A DNA stretch of 64,000 nucleotides from an uncultured Gammaproteobacteria bacterium (GTDB lineage Bacteria > Patescibacteriota > Microgenomatia > CAYXHB01). The notes beneath the pieces were generated by a model that was not told the DNA's origin, did not search any database, and saw only the letters and a program-made list of their open reading frames with translations. Numbering within the stretch: position 1 is the stretch's first letter; each line of letters begins with the position of its first letter. Of the stretch, positions 33,269-43,125 are shown one piece after another. The position numbers and the translations under genes are program-made. The DNA lies in NCBI GenBank assembly GCA_964561945.1, contig CAZLQM010000002.1:13087-77086 (forward strand). Reading direction: 5' to 3'.

Positions 33269-33335
33269 TCTCCAGTCTAATTAAAAAACTACCTCCAATT
33301 TACCCGTGAACTTCCACCATCTACCACAAACTTAT

Positions 33336-34313
33336 TTAATCAAAATACCCCACGTCTCTTATAAGCTTCGTCACAGCTATTTCTACTGCCTTTTCATACC
33401 CTTGTTGATAATACCATTCAATCACGTCCAAGCCTTTCATAATCCGATACAAATATATTTTAACTTCAAAAGTATCATCCAACAATAACTTGTTCTCATA
33501 TCCTTTTAACAACCATTTTAACTGATAATCATCAAACCAATAATCCCAATTAGCCAGATCAGATAACGGTGAGTCGCTCCGCGCCAAACCCCAATCAATA
33601 ATTCCCACAATTTCAAAACCTTGTACCATAATGTGCTTTGGACCAAAATCACCATGATTAAGCCGTGGCTCAAAATTACACAACTCTATTTTATTGTTAT
33701 CGAGCAAAATAATAGATTTTTCAATATAATTTCTTCCCAAACCTATCGCATCTGCAATCAAGGACAGTTGCTCCTGCTTGTCAAGATACTCTATAACTAT
33801 TGACTCAGAGTCCAAATATTCACTTTCCCCTGGTTCTAAAAACGGGCCAAATCCCCTTGTCAGCACTGAATGAATCCTACTCAAAATTTGACCACTTTTT
33901 ACTAACAAATCCTGCTGTTCTTGCAATGACAAATCATGAAAATAAAGATTGCCCCTTTCTAATGCTTCCCCAACAATTTCTTCCATCACACAAAATGAAG
34001 CCTTTCCCTCCTCTATTTGTACTTCAACAATATCAATAATCGTAGGCACAGGAACCCCTACTGCTCTCGCTTGATCAACCGCCCAAGATTCATTCTTAAA
34101 TTCACCATCATCTCTTTGAGCAATTCTAAGAATAATGTTCTTATCACCACCCATGTCTAATCGATAAACCTCATTAATCTCACCAACCACAAGTTTTGTC
34201 TTAGATTGGGGAACTTTTCCGACCGCTCCCAAAACCACTTCATCAATTAATTTATCATTAACAAATGATCCAGCATGTATCCGTCCAAGATATTCTTGAT
34301 ACTTTTGATCCAT
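33336..34313 (-). CDS. Aminoglycoside phosphotransferase/choline kinase family protein
   Basis: GVPVP, HGDFGPKHIMV, GIIDWG. Confidence 0.85.
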   Translation of the reverse strand: MDQKYQEYLGRIHAGSFVNDKLIDEVVLGAVGKVPQSKTKLVVGEINEVYRLDMGGDKNIILRIAQRDDGEFKNESWAVDQARAVGVPVPTIIDIVEVQIEEGKASFCVMEEIVGEALERGNLYFHDLSLQEQQDLLVKSGQILSRIHSVLTRGFGPFLEPGESEYLDSESIVIEYLDKQEQLSLIADAIGLGRNYIEKSIILLDNNKIELCNFEPRLNHGDFGPKHIMVQGFEIVGIIDWGLARSDSPLSDLANWDYWFDDYQLKWLLKGYENKLLLDDTFEVKIYLYRIMKGLDVIEWYYQQGYEKAVEIAVTKLIRDVGYFD

Positions 34314-34411
34314 AACTCAATACATCTTATTCCTCCATATCACTAATAACAATTAGCCATCCCTCTCCCATATCTATACTTTTAACATTTATAGATAATT
34401 ATGCCAAATCT

Positions 34412-34987
34412 TCAAACCCTCGCCTTAGAATTCCCCACCATCCACCACAACATCACACCCATCAACCCTGATGTTCCTATCATCAACACATAACCAAGCA
34501 TATAAAACACATTTCCCACCAACCAATCATATTTTATTATTCCCAAACTCGATAACAAATAATTCCAATCATGAATTGGATCAGGACTCAATAACGGCAC
34601 TAGATTTAACACCTGTTTTTGTGCATCTTTGACGTAAGTTCCCACATCTAACAAGTTAATCCCTAACCAAAACAAACTTAATTTAGTCGCAAACCGATCA
34701 TTAATTTTCATAAAATTAACCCAAGCAACTACTGGCACAACCAATTGTAATATCGTCCCTCCCGCCATTCCCAAAAACTCACTTCCCCATAATCCAAAAA
34801 TCACATGCCCAACTTCATGAACCACAAAGTCAACATTTTTGAAAACCACATCCGCATACCCAGGATCAATTAAATACCGAATTAACAAATAACCCATAAA
34901 TAACCATATAATCAGTCTTCCCATCCAAGCTCTCCCCACACTCCAAATCCTATCTTCTTCCAAAGAATTACTAATCCATCTAAACAT
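34412..34987 (-). CDS. Membrane metalloprotease-like protein (HExGH)
   Basis: VHEVGH, AGGTILQL, YVKDA, HDWNYLL. Confidence 0.7.
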   Translation of the reverse strand: MFRWISNSLEEDRIWSVGRAWMGRLIIWLFMGYLLIRYLIDPGYADVVFKNVDFVVHEVGHVIFGLWGSEFLGMAGGTILQLVVPVVAWVNFMKINDRFATKLSLFWLGINLLDVGTYVKDAQKQVLNLVPLLSPDPIHDWNYLLSSLGIIKYDWLVGNVFYMLGYVLMIGTSGLMGVMLWWMVGNSKARV

Positions 34988-35019
34988 AATATAAATATAT
35001 CAATTCCAACTATACAAAT

Positions 35020-35784
35020 TTAATTATCCCAACAACTGATTTTAATATCTTGAGCTACACATCGATTCTCTAAACATTTAGCTCGTGAAAATATTGCATC
35101 AAACATTGGCTTCTTTGTTGCTTCGTTAACCGAACAATTCTTTGTCTTTTCTTTAAGTTGTAAGTCTGTATAACCATCAACATTAGCAATCCCTGCACAT
35201 TCGATCATTAATCCATGTACATAATTTTGATATTGATTATATGAACCTACCGAACAAAACGAATTTTTGTTAATACAATCTTTATCCACTCTACAATACT
35301 TACTATCTATTAAATATGGTTTAACATCAGGTACTTCAATTACAGAAGTTACTCCAAAATCATCGTTAGATAAATGACTCAAAGCCGCAAAGTCAAGACT
35401 AGTCACAACATAAACAATATTTATCAAATTATCATCCCTAAATGTAGAATCATACAATATTCTTCCCATAACCAAAGAATCTAACACCTCCAAATTCTCA
35501 CTAAATGATTTTTTGCCTATATTTTTAATAATCATCTTATATGCCTTTATATTTGTCTCATCCTGATTACTATCACCACTCGCAGTCACCCTATCTTCAT
35601 ACATACTCTTCATTAATTCCTTTTGGTAATTCATTCCCAACCAAAAACCACTCAATGGAAGTATTACAAAAAGAAATAAAGCCACTAATTTCGAAAACAA
35701 TGTAACAGTAATTAAAGATTTAGGAGTTTTAAATGCCTTAGGGGATTTCTTTTTCAGATAAATAATTATAAAAACAATCATCAC
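35020..35784 (-). CDS. Membrane-anchored Cys-containing hypothetical protein
   Basis: VTLFSKLVALFLFVILP TM motif and several C-terminal Cys; AT-rich. Confidence 0.6.
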   Translation of the reverse strand: MMIVFIIIYLKKKSPKAFKTPKSLITVTLFSKLVALFLFVILPLSGFWLGMNYQKELMKSMYEDRVTASGDSNQDETNIKAYKMIIKNIGKKSFSENLEVLDSLVMGRILYDSTFRDDNLINIVYVVTSLDFAALSHLSNDDFGVTSVIEVPDVKPYLIDSKYCRVDKDCINKNSFCSVGSYNQYQNYVHGLMIECAGIANVDGYTDLQLKEKTKNCSVNEATKKPMFDAIFSRAKCLENRCVAQDIKISCWDN

Positions 35785-35887
35785 TAACTTTCAATAAACT
35801 CCACACCTTACTTCTTTATTGCCAACAAATTTTTATACCAACAAATTTGACCAATTACCGATAACCTCCTAAAATTCAATCCACGAA

Positions 35888-36550
35888 ATGCCCAAAGTCC
35901 TTCTGTTTTCTATCGTTGTTCTTATTCTTGCTACTCTGTTAATTTTAACAAAAAATAAACCCTCCCCCTCAGATCCCCAAACGTCCAAGACTCCCCCACC
36001 AACTTCAAACCTAAACCTCGCTCCTTCTCCCCAAGATCCAAAAACGCAAACCATAATCTATCCCACCTCCGAGTTCAAACAAAGAATCACTAAAAAACCT
36101 TTCGGAGTATATGTCTCTCCCACCAATTCTCCCATTCAACCCGAACGCTTTTCAGGCTATCACACTGGTGTTGACGTGGAATTTAAAGATACACAAATAA
36201 AGGTTCCTGTTTTCTCTGTCTGTGATGGCGAACTAGTTCTCTCCCAATGGATCAGTGGCTACGGTGGCACTGCCGTCATCCGATGCCAAAATAATTATTA
36301 CCTTTATGGCCATCTAAACGTTGATAGCATTACCCAAAAAATCCAAATCTCCCAAGGAGATCAGATTGCCATCCTAGGTCAAGGCAACACTCGCCAAACA
36401 GATTATGAAAGGAAACATCTACATTTTGGCATACACAAAAACTCACTTAATCTCAAAGGCTATGTCCAAACCCAAGAAGAACTTCAATCATGGATCGACC
36501 CGCTTGTCCTATTTAATCTTTCAACTCCATCCAACCCAAAAACTAACTAA
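35888..36550 (+). CDS. M23 family peptidase
   Basis: HTGVD, GYGG, LYGHL, HLHFGI, IDPL. Confidence 0.9.
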   Translation: MPKVLLFSIVVLILATLLILTKNKPSPSDPQTSKTPPPTSNLNLAPSPQDPKTQTIIYPTSEFKQRITKKPFGVYVSPTNSPIQPERFSGYHTGVDVEFKDTQIKVPVFSVCDGELVLSQWISGYGGTAVIRCQNNYYLYGHLNVDSITQKIQISQGDQIAILGQGNTRQTDYERKHLHFGIHKNSLNLKGYVQTQEELQSWIDPLVLFNLSTPSNPKTN

Positions 36551-36589
36551 CAAATCAATCAATGTATACTAAACCCAAAAGAACCAAAT

Positions 36590-38809
36590 ATGTCCAAACC
36601 CAAACCAATCATTGCCTTCATCGGCACTTACCCTCCCAGAGCCTGTGGCATTGCTACCTTTACCCAAGACTTACTCCAAGCAAATCGTAAATTCCTAGGC
36701 AAAGACATCTCCTGCAAAGTCGCCGCTATCAATCTCTCGCCTCTCGATCATCACACTTATCCTCCTGAAGTTAAATGGGAAATCATACAAAACAATCAAT
36801 CTGACTATCACGATCTAGCCATGTCTCTCAACAACAACCCCCTCATATCAGGCGTCATTATCCAACACGAATACGGAATATTTGGAGGAGAAGAAGGTGA
36901 ACATATTCTTTCATTTCTCCACAACTGCCACAAACCCATACTCGTCACACTACACACTGTACTACCAAACCCCAGTCCCAAAATGAAACAGGTCACCAGC
37001 GCCATTATCAAACGTGCTGATACAATCGTAGTCCTAACCCAAAATTCCCGTAGAATTCTTATCGAAACATATCCCTTTTCCCTAGGCAAAATATATGTCA
37101 TTCCTCACGGAATTCATCATACTGAGTTTTCCACCACTACAAAAGCCAAAAAGAAACTAAAACTCACCAACTCAACCGTGCTATCGACTTTTGGACTCCT
37201 CAGCCGTGGCAAAGGCATCGAATACGTCATCAAAGCTCTTCCTCAGATAATCCAAAAACACCCATCCGTTCTTTATCTTGTTCTTGGCGAAACTCATCCC
37301 GCCGTGCGCAGAGAAGAAGGCGAAAAATACCGCATGGAACTTGCCCAACTTGTTACTGACCTTGACCTTAAAAAACATGTCAAATTCTACGCTCAATATC
37401 TTAACTTAGATGATTTACTTGAATTTCTTCAAGCTACTGATATCTATATCTCAACCTCTATCAATCCCAATCAGGCTGTAAGTGGCACCCTTTCCTATGC
37501 TCTAGGCTCTGGTCGGGCTGTCGTAAGCACCACCTTTTCCCAAGCCAAAGAAATCATTACTCCCCAAAACGGGCGTCTTGTGCCAATCCAAAACTCAAAA
37601 GCAATCAGTATTGCAGTCAATGAAATATTAAGCGACCCCAATAATCTTTTAACCATGCACCAAAACGCATATAACTCAACCCGATCAATGCTTTGGACTA
37701 ACGTAGCCCAAGAATATAACAATTTACTAAACCAACTCGTTCTTCCTCCCATCAGTCTTAAACATCTTAAGAAAATGACCGACGAATTTGGTTTATTCCA
37801 ATTTGGTCTACACGATATCCCCAACAAAGAATTTGGCTATACTCTGGACGACAATGCTCGAGCTTTGATCGTTTGCAATCAACTTATAACTCAGAAATCT
37901 ACCCAAAAAAGAATCAAGCCTCTCCTTGATATATATCTTAATTTTATAGACTTCTGCCAAAAAGATGATGGTACTTTTGTTAACTACATCAATTACGACC
38001 ACAAGCACCCCACTACCCAAAACTCCCAAGAAGATATCTCCGATGCTACAGCCCGAGCAGTATGGGCTCTAGGAGAAATCATATCTAACCCCATACTTCC
38101 CTCTAAGACTAGAAATAAAGCCAAAGCCATTTTCACTCGCACTCTCCCCCATCTAAAAAGTATTCCTCATTTGCGCTCCAAAGCTTTCATCATCAAAGCC
38201 TTAGTTGCAGTGGAATCCGAATTCTCCACTCATCACCCAGAAATTTCCTCTCTCATCCAAGAACTTAGCACCACTCTAGCTACCAATCTTCACCAAAACT
38301 CACACGACTCATGGCATTGGTTCGAAAACCAACTGGGCTATAACAACGCTCTCTTGCCCGAGAGTTTGTCTATCGGAGGCAAATTCCTCAAAAATCAAGA
38401 ATATATTAATCTTGGAATTTCTTCATTAAAATTTCTTATTGACCAGACCTTCCAAACAAATATGTATGTTCCCATTGGTCACTCAAACTGGTATAAACAA
38501 AACGAAGAAAGAAGCACCTTCGATCAGCAACCCGAAGATCCAGCTTCCATGATACTGGCTCTCGCCACTGCATACAAACAAACAGGGCAACCAAGCTACA
38601 AGAACCTTGCCCACAAATGTTTCAGCTGGTTTTTGGGCAATAATAGTTTGCATCTCCCACTCTATAATTACCAAACGGGTGGCTGTCACGACGGACTTCA
38701 TCCTGATCGAATCAACCAAAACCAAGGAGCTGAGTCCCTCATCTCTTATCTCTTATCAAGATTAGCCATTAACGAAATCGACACCTATGAAAATCCAACA
38801 AAAACGTAA
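36590..38809 (+). CDS. GT4 glycosyltransferase fused to a six-hairpin glycosidase-like domain
   Basis: GTYPPRACGIATF, QHEYGIFG, KGIEY, SGTLSYA; C-terminal GYTLDDNARAL, FDQQP, WFLGNN, NQGAES. Confidence 0.88.
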   Translation: MSKPKPIIAFIGTYPPRACGIATFTQDLLQANRKFLGKDISCKVAAINLSPLDHHTYPPEVKWEIIQNNQSDYHDLAMSLNNNPLISGVIIQHEYGIFGGEEGEHILSFLHNCHKPILVTLHTVLPNPSPKMKQVTSAIIKRADTIVVLTQNSRRILIETYPFSLGKIYVIPHGIHHTEFSTTTKAKKKLKLTNSTVLSTFGLLSRGKGIEYVIKALPQIIQKHPSVLYLVLGETHPAVRREEGEKYRMELAQLVTDLDLKKHVKFYAQYLNLDDLLEFLQATDIYISTSINPNQAVSGTLSYALGSGRAVVSTTFSQAKEIITPQNGRLVPIQNSKAISIAVNEILSDPNNLLTMHQNAYNSTRSMLWTNVAQEYNNLLNQLVLPPISLKHLKKMTDEFGLFQFGLHDIPNKEFGYTLDDNARALIVCNQLITQKSTQKRIKPLLDIYLNFIDFCQKDDGTFVNYINYDHKHPTTQNSQEDISDATARAVWALGEIISNPILPSKTRNKAKAIFTRTLPHLKSIPHLRSKAFIIKALVAVESEFSTHHPEISSLIQELSTTLATNLHQNSHDSWHWFENQLGYNNALLPESLSIGGKFLKNQEYINLGISSLKFLIDQTFQTNMYVPIGHSNWYKQNEERSTFDQQPEDPASMILALATAYKQTGQPSYKNLAHKCFSWFLGNNSLHLPLYNYQTGGCHDGLHPDRINQNQGAESLISYLLSRLAINEIDTYENPTKT

Positions 38810-39734
38810 TATCTTCCCCAATCAACAAATTTCCCGATACAATCTCGCTGCCTGGCAAACCCAAAGCAGCGATTCAGTTTTCTTCATCGGACGTGAGGTA
38901 AATCAACCGGGTTCTGTCGGCGAACCCGACACAGGCATTTTGAAGCTCTTCGAACTTAATACTAACAATGTCATTATTAACGAAAGAATCATCTGGAAAC
39001 CCAGATACGACGGCATCAATCTAGAAGATCCCCGCGCCCTTCAATTAGAAAACGACAAACTTATAATCGGAGTTACAGCCGTACTCCGTGACAAAAAAGG
39101 CGTCCCTGTACCTTTTCCCGCTATCATAAAAATTGACTCCAATAACACCTGGCAAAACGAACTCCCACCCTTTCTCATCATCGAGACTTTTGGTCCAGGC
39201 AAAAACCTCACCCCAATAAATAACACTACTTACTTATTCCGACCAGACGATCCAGAATACAATCACAAAATCCTAGTATTTTCGCTACACAACCAAGTCC
39301 CCGAGAAAATCTGCGACATCATCTTCCCCACTACTCTACCTTGGGCGCAGTGGCGCATCGGAACCACCATGCCACCCATTTGGATCAATGATCATGAAGC
39401 TCTCTTTATTATTCACGGTATAACCATCGAAAATAAAGACAACCAACCCAAATACATCTATAGCCTAGGCCGAGCCAAACTCACCCGCCACGATAACTGC
39501 TACGATCTAACTGTTGCCCCCGAACCGATTCTAGTTCCCGATAACTTCGTCGAAGAGGATGGCCAACCACTCGTTAATGAACTCCACCCCAATCTTCGTC
39601 GAGTGGTTTACTCTTGCGGAGGACTCATAAAGAAAAACAAACAAGATGCTCTATCCCTCTACGTTAACGTCGGTGACCGCACCACCTTTGAAGTCGATTT
39701 CTCCCTAGCTGAACTAAAAGAAGGCTTATTCTAA
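38787..39734 (+). CDS. GH130-like beta-propeller glycosidase/phosphorylase
   Basis: LEDPRA, KNL, RIGTTMPPI, VVYSCG; overlaps the upstream gene. Confidence 0.7.
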   Translation: MKIQQKRNIFPNQQISRYNLAAWQTQSSDSVFFIGREVNQPGSVGEPDTGILKLFELNTNNVIINERIIWKPRYDGINLEDPRALQLENDKLIIGVTAVLRDKKGVPVPFPAIIKIDSNNTWQNELPPFLIIETFGPGKNLTPINNTTYLFRPDDPEYNHKILVFSLHNQVPEKICDIIFPTTLPWAQWRIGTTMPPIWINDHEALFIIHGITIENKDNQPKYIYSLGRAKLTRHDNCYDLTVAPEPILVPDNFVEEDGQPLVNELHPNLRRVVYSCGGLIKKNKQDALSLYVNVGDRTTFEVDFSLAELKEGLF

Positions 39735-39818
39735 ATAATATATACTCTCCGCTATTTATCACAAATCCCCAAAGCACACTCTTACAGTCTTCTTTTTTAT
39801 CCGTGATAATCTATAATC

Positions 39819-40652
39819 ATGGCTCTTTGGGACAAAATAACCAGCCGTGGTCGCATCGAAGATCGCCGTTCAATGGCGCCTACTGCTATAGGAGGATTAG
39901 GCCTTGGTGGTATTGTAATTTATCTCTTAGCGAGTTACTTCTTGGGCGGACAAATAGATGTTAACCAAGTACTCAGACAATTAGAAGATGTCCAAATAGA
40001 ACAATCCCAAACCCAAAATGACAATTTCCAAGGACCCGATCAATACGAGACATTTGCATCAACAGTACTAGGCTCGAATAATGACTTATGGCAATCCATA
40101 TTTAAACAAATTAACCATACATACCAACCACCGACTTTAGTGTTATTTAGAACAGCCACCCAGTCTGCTTGTGGAACCGCGACTTCACAAGTTGGGCCTC
40201 ACTATTGTCCATTAGACCAAACCATCTATTTAGATGAAACTTTTTTTGATGAACTCAAAAACCAACTTGGAGCGCAAGGAGGCGACGTCGCTGAAGCCTA
40301 TGTCATCGCCCACGAAGTAGGTCATCATGTCCAGAATCAATTAGGCGTTATAAATCGGCAAACAAATTTAACCGATAATGACTTCTCCATAAAATTAGAA
40401 CTCCAAGCAGACTGTTACGCAGGTCTTTGGGCCAATTCAATTAAAAATGTAGGTGTCTTCCTACCCGGCGAAATCAACGAAGCAATGGATGCAGCAGCCA
40501 CCATCGGTGATGACCGAATCCAAGAAAAAATTACAGGCAGAATCACTCCCGAAACATGGACTCACGGTTCATCACAACAACGAGTCAATTGGTTCACCCA
40601 AGGATACCAAACAGGAGAACTTGCATCTTGTGACACATTTAACCAAGAATAA
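39819..40652 (+). CDS. Neutral zinc metallopeptidase (YpfJ family)
   Basis: IEDRR, GPHYCP, AHEVGHHVQ, ELQADC, THGSSQQR. Confidence 0.92.
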   Translation: MALWDKITSRGRIEDRRSMAPTAIGGLGLGGIVIYLLASYFLGGQIDVNQVLRQLEDVQIEQSQTQNDNFQGPDQYETFASTVLGSNNDLWQSIFKQINHTYQPPTLVLFRTATQSACGTATSQVGPHYCPLDQTIYLDETFFDELKNQLGAQGGDVAEAYVIAHEVGHHVQNQLGVINRQTNLTDNDFSIKLELQADCYAGLWANSIKNVGVFLPGEINEAMDAAATIGDDRIQEKITGRITPETWTHGSSQQRVNWFTQGYQTGELASCDTFNQE

Positions 40653-40667
40653 ACAATTTATAATTAT

Positions 40668-41486
40668 TTAATCATTTTCCTCTTCTCCATAATACCCACG
40701 CATAGATCTAGGTAAATCTTGTGCCAATCTCCGCATATGAACATCTGTAATAAATTGAAATCTGTCATTTGACTCTTTAATCAATTCACCCTTCACGTTC
40801 ATTTTCACTAGCACCTCAGACAACGCCAACGGCTCCCCAAACACAACTCGAGGTTGTTCATCATGAAACTCACCCATCGCAATTGCCAAATCTGAATACC
40901 TCAGCCTCTCCTCTGGATCAAACCGACTCAATAATCCCAATCCTCGCGCTCCTTGTTTCAAACTACCATCAGTCCGCGTCGCCTCAGGTGCAATTCCAAA
41001 CACAGCCCCAGGTTCTGCAACTATTCTCTTCATCTCATCCGTCACCCTCCGTGTCTTAGACTCTCTATCCGACTGTTTATATTCAGAAGCTTTTGCATCT
41101 AGTCTGGACGGTTGCACTACCGGCAATAAATCAATTGCTCCTACCACCCCAATTAGTCGTAATCCCAACGCATTTACAGGATCCCGTCTTAAGCTGTAAT
41201 GGCTCTCAGCCACAGGAGCAATCCGTTGCTTAGCGTTAGGCAAATGAGCCAAAACCATCGCTGCCGGCAAAATTATATCTGCAAAACGCGAAAACCTCGG
41301 ACCTTTCTTATTATTCGTGTGATTTATATAAAACACCAACGAATTCTTCTCCAACAGCTTATCCGCCCGAACCAAGTTTTCTCGACTTTCGTCAGAAAAC
41401 TCCAATCCCCACTTGTCCAAACTATAATTCCATATCGATTCTGCCACTTTGACAACACTTGCTCCAACCATTCGTCCTTCTTTCAT
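40668..41486 (-). CDS. PlsC-like acyltransferase-fold protein
   Basis: FYINH...D block I and IAPEATRT...GARG block III/IV. Confidence 0.6.
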   Translation of the reverse strand: MKEGRMVGASVVKVAESIWNYSLDKWGLEFSDESRENLVRADKLLEKNSLVFYINHTNNKKGPRFSRFADIILPAAMVLAHLPNAKQRIAPVAESHYSLRRDPVNALGLRLIGVVGAIDLLPVVQPSRLDAKASEYKQSDRESKTRRVTDEMKRIVAEPGAVFGIAPEATRTDGSLKQGARGLGLLSRFDPEERLRYSDLAIAMGEFHDEQPRVVFGEPLALSEVLVKMNVKGELIKESNDRFQFITDVHMRRLAQDLPRSMRGYYGEEEND

Positions 41487-41554
41487 TCACGAAATAATAC
41501 CACAACCAATTCATACAAATCCTAACGCAATTCAATAAATATTCATTTATTAAC

Positions 41555-41583
41555 AAAAAATGGGTGGCTTACGGTGCCACCCA
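41555..41583 (-). terminator. Intrinsic terminator
   Basis: Minus strand TGGGTGGC-ACCGTAA-GCCACCCA followed by T6. Confidence 0.8.
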
Positions 41584-41681
41584 ACCGCTCATGTTTAATG
41601 AGAACCTACTTACCCAAATTCACACTTTCTTCACCTGCGCGGGTAACACAGAAGGTGTGTGGCAAAATTTCAAGGTCCAAA

Positions 41682-42122
41682 TTACTCTTCTCTTTCTCCC
41701 ACATCCATCAACAAACACCTGACAATTTCCTGCGTATAATCTGGATTAGACAAATCTCCCCCTAACCTCTCTTCAATTAATAAAACAAGCTCTTTTTCCC
41801 GACTCGTAACAGACATCCTAAAATCAATTCCCAATTCTGGATATATCTCATTTAACAATTCATTCTGACTTTGCTCTAACATAACTACTTTTTCTACTAC
41901 TTCTAATAATCGACCACCACATAATGGATATTCACTTTCTAGCGCATTTGCCACTTCTCCAAAAATTCTATCCATTTTTATCAAATAACCTTCATGCAAA
42001 CGCAACCGATACAACCCCAGCATATTTTTCCACAACACACTAACTTCTTCTTCATGCAACACCTCCACTTCCAGCATGTCTCGAGAAATATCATTAATTT
42101 TTTGTTTCAATTCAGTATTCAT
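41682..42122 (-). CDS. Hypothetical protein
   Basis: 146-aa helical ORF coupled (ATGA overlap) to the upstream gene. Confidence 0.55.
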   Translation of the reverse strand: MNTELKQKINDISRDMLEVEVLHEEEVSVLWKNMLGLYRLRLHEGYLIKMDRIFGEVANALESEYPLCGGRLLEVVEKVVMLEQSQNELLNEIYPELGIDFRMSVTSREKELVLLIEERLGGDLSNPDYTQEIVRCLLMDVGEREE

Positions 42123-42783
42123 ATATTTTCTTGAAATAATTTATCACAACGTTTCCGTATTTCTCTAACATAGTAATCAGGATTTTTTTCTACTCTCCTT
42201 GTCTGAGCTGACTCCCAGTCAATCGGAAAAAGTTCCTCTTTACCATTAACAATTCTTACCAGAACATTCCCTTCGTTCATGTCACTAAAAAATATTCCAT
42301 GAACTATTACCATCTCTTCCATTCTATTTCTAAACTCAAGTTTTGCTTCCTCTGGGATTTCCTAGATACTTTTGCTCGATAGTGATTTAATGGCAAACCC
42401 ATATAAGGCATATCCAAAAATTCAACCACTTCATATCCCCGAGATGGATCTTCCTTAAGTTCTCTCACACTTCCTTTTTCCACATTTTCCTCCACACCAA
42501 ACAAATCCAAGGCTTTTCTCCACATGCCTATCTCTTTCTCTACACGAGAATTAAACAATGAATTCCCAGCACATTTCCGCACTCTCCCCGTATCTAGATT
42601 AACATGAATCGAAAGCGGATCTCCGTCCTTACGATCTTTAACAATTTCTACAAACCCCTTAAAAATTTTAGAAGACCGTGTTTCCCATCCATCTAACCTA
42701 ACCACTTTTTCTTCAGGGGCTTCCTTTATCTCAAAGCGCCTATCTCCCCCAAGGTCAATTCCCAATTGAGCAACTTCCGACAT
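42119..42783 (-). pseudogene. Frameshifted protein-kinase-like gene
   Basis: N-lobe ORF from MSEVAQ (42783) and C-lobe HGIFFSDMNEGNVLV...IDWE are in different frames; a single-base shift near 42362 would join them. Confidence 0.6.
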
Positions 42784-42810
42784 CCCACCCAGTATACCAT
42801 TGCCGTTCCC

Positions 42811-42843
42811 AAAAAAAGGACGGGATAAACACCCACCCATCCT
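42811..42843 (-). terminator. Intrinsic terminator
   Basis: Minus strand AGGATGGG...CCCGTCC followed by T7. Confidence 0.7.
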
Positions 42844-43125
42844 CTGACAACTGATTAACCAAAGATTTTTGTTCATACCAAACCCCCACAAGCGCTACAC
42901 ACTACTGTTCCCATTTGTTCTCTCCTTATCTCAATAAACAATAAAATACTCACGTCCAGTGACGCTCTTTACATCCTCTTGTCAAAGATACAAAAAAACG
43001 TCACGGTTCATCAAATAATCTATAATTTACTAATAAGACTCCGGACCCCAAAATCGTCGTAAATAACAATTCCAATCCAGAATCAAAAACATATTACATC
43101 GCAATTTATCATATACTTATAGACC

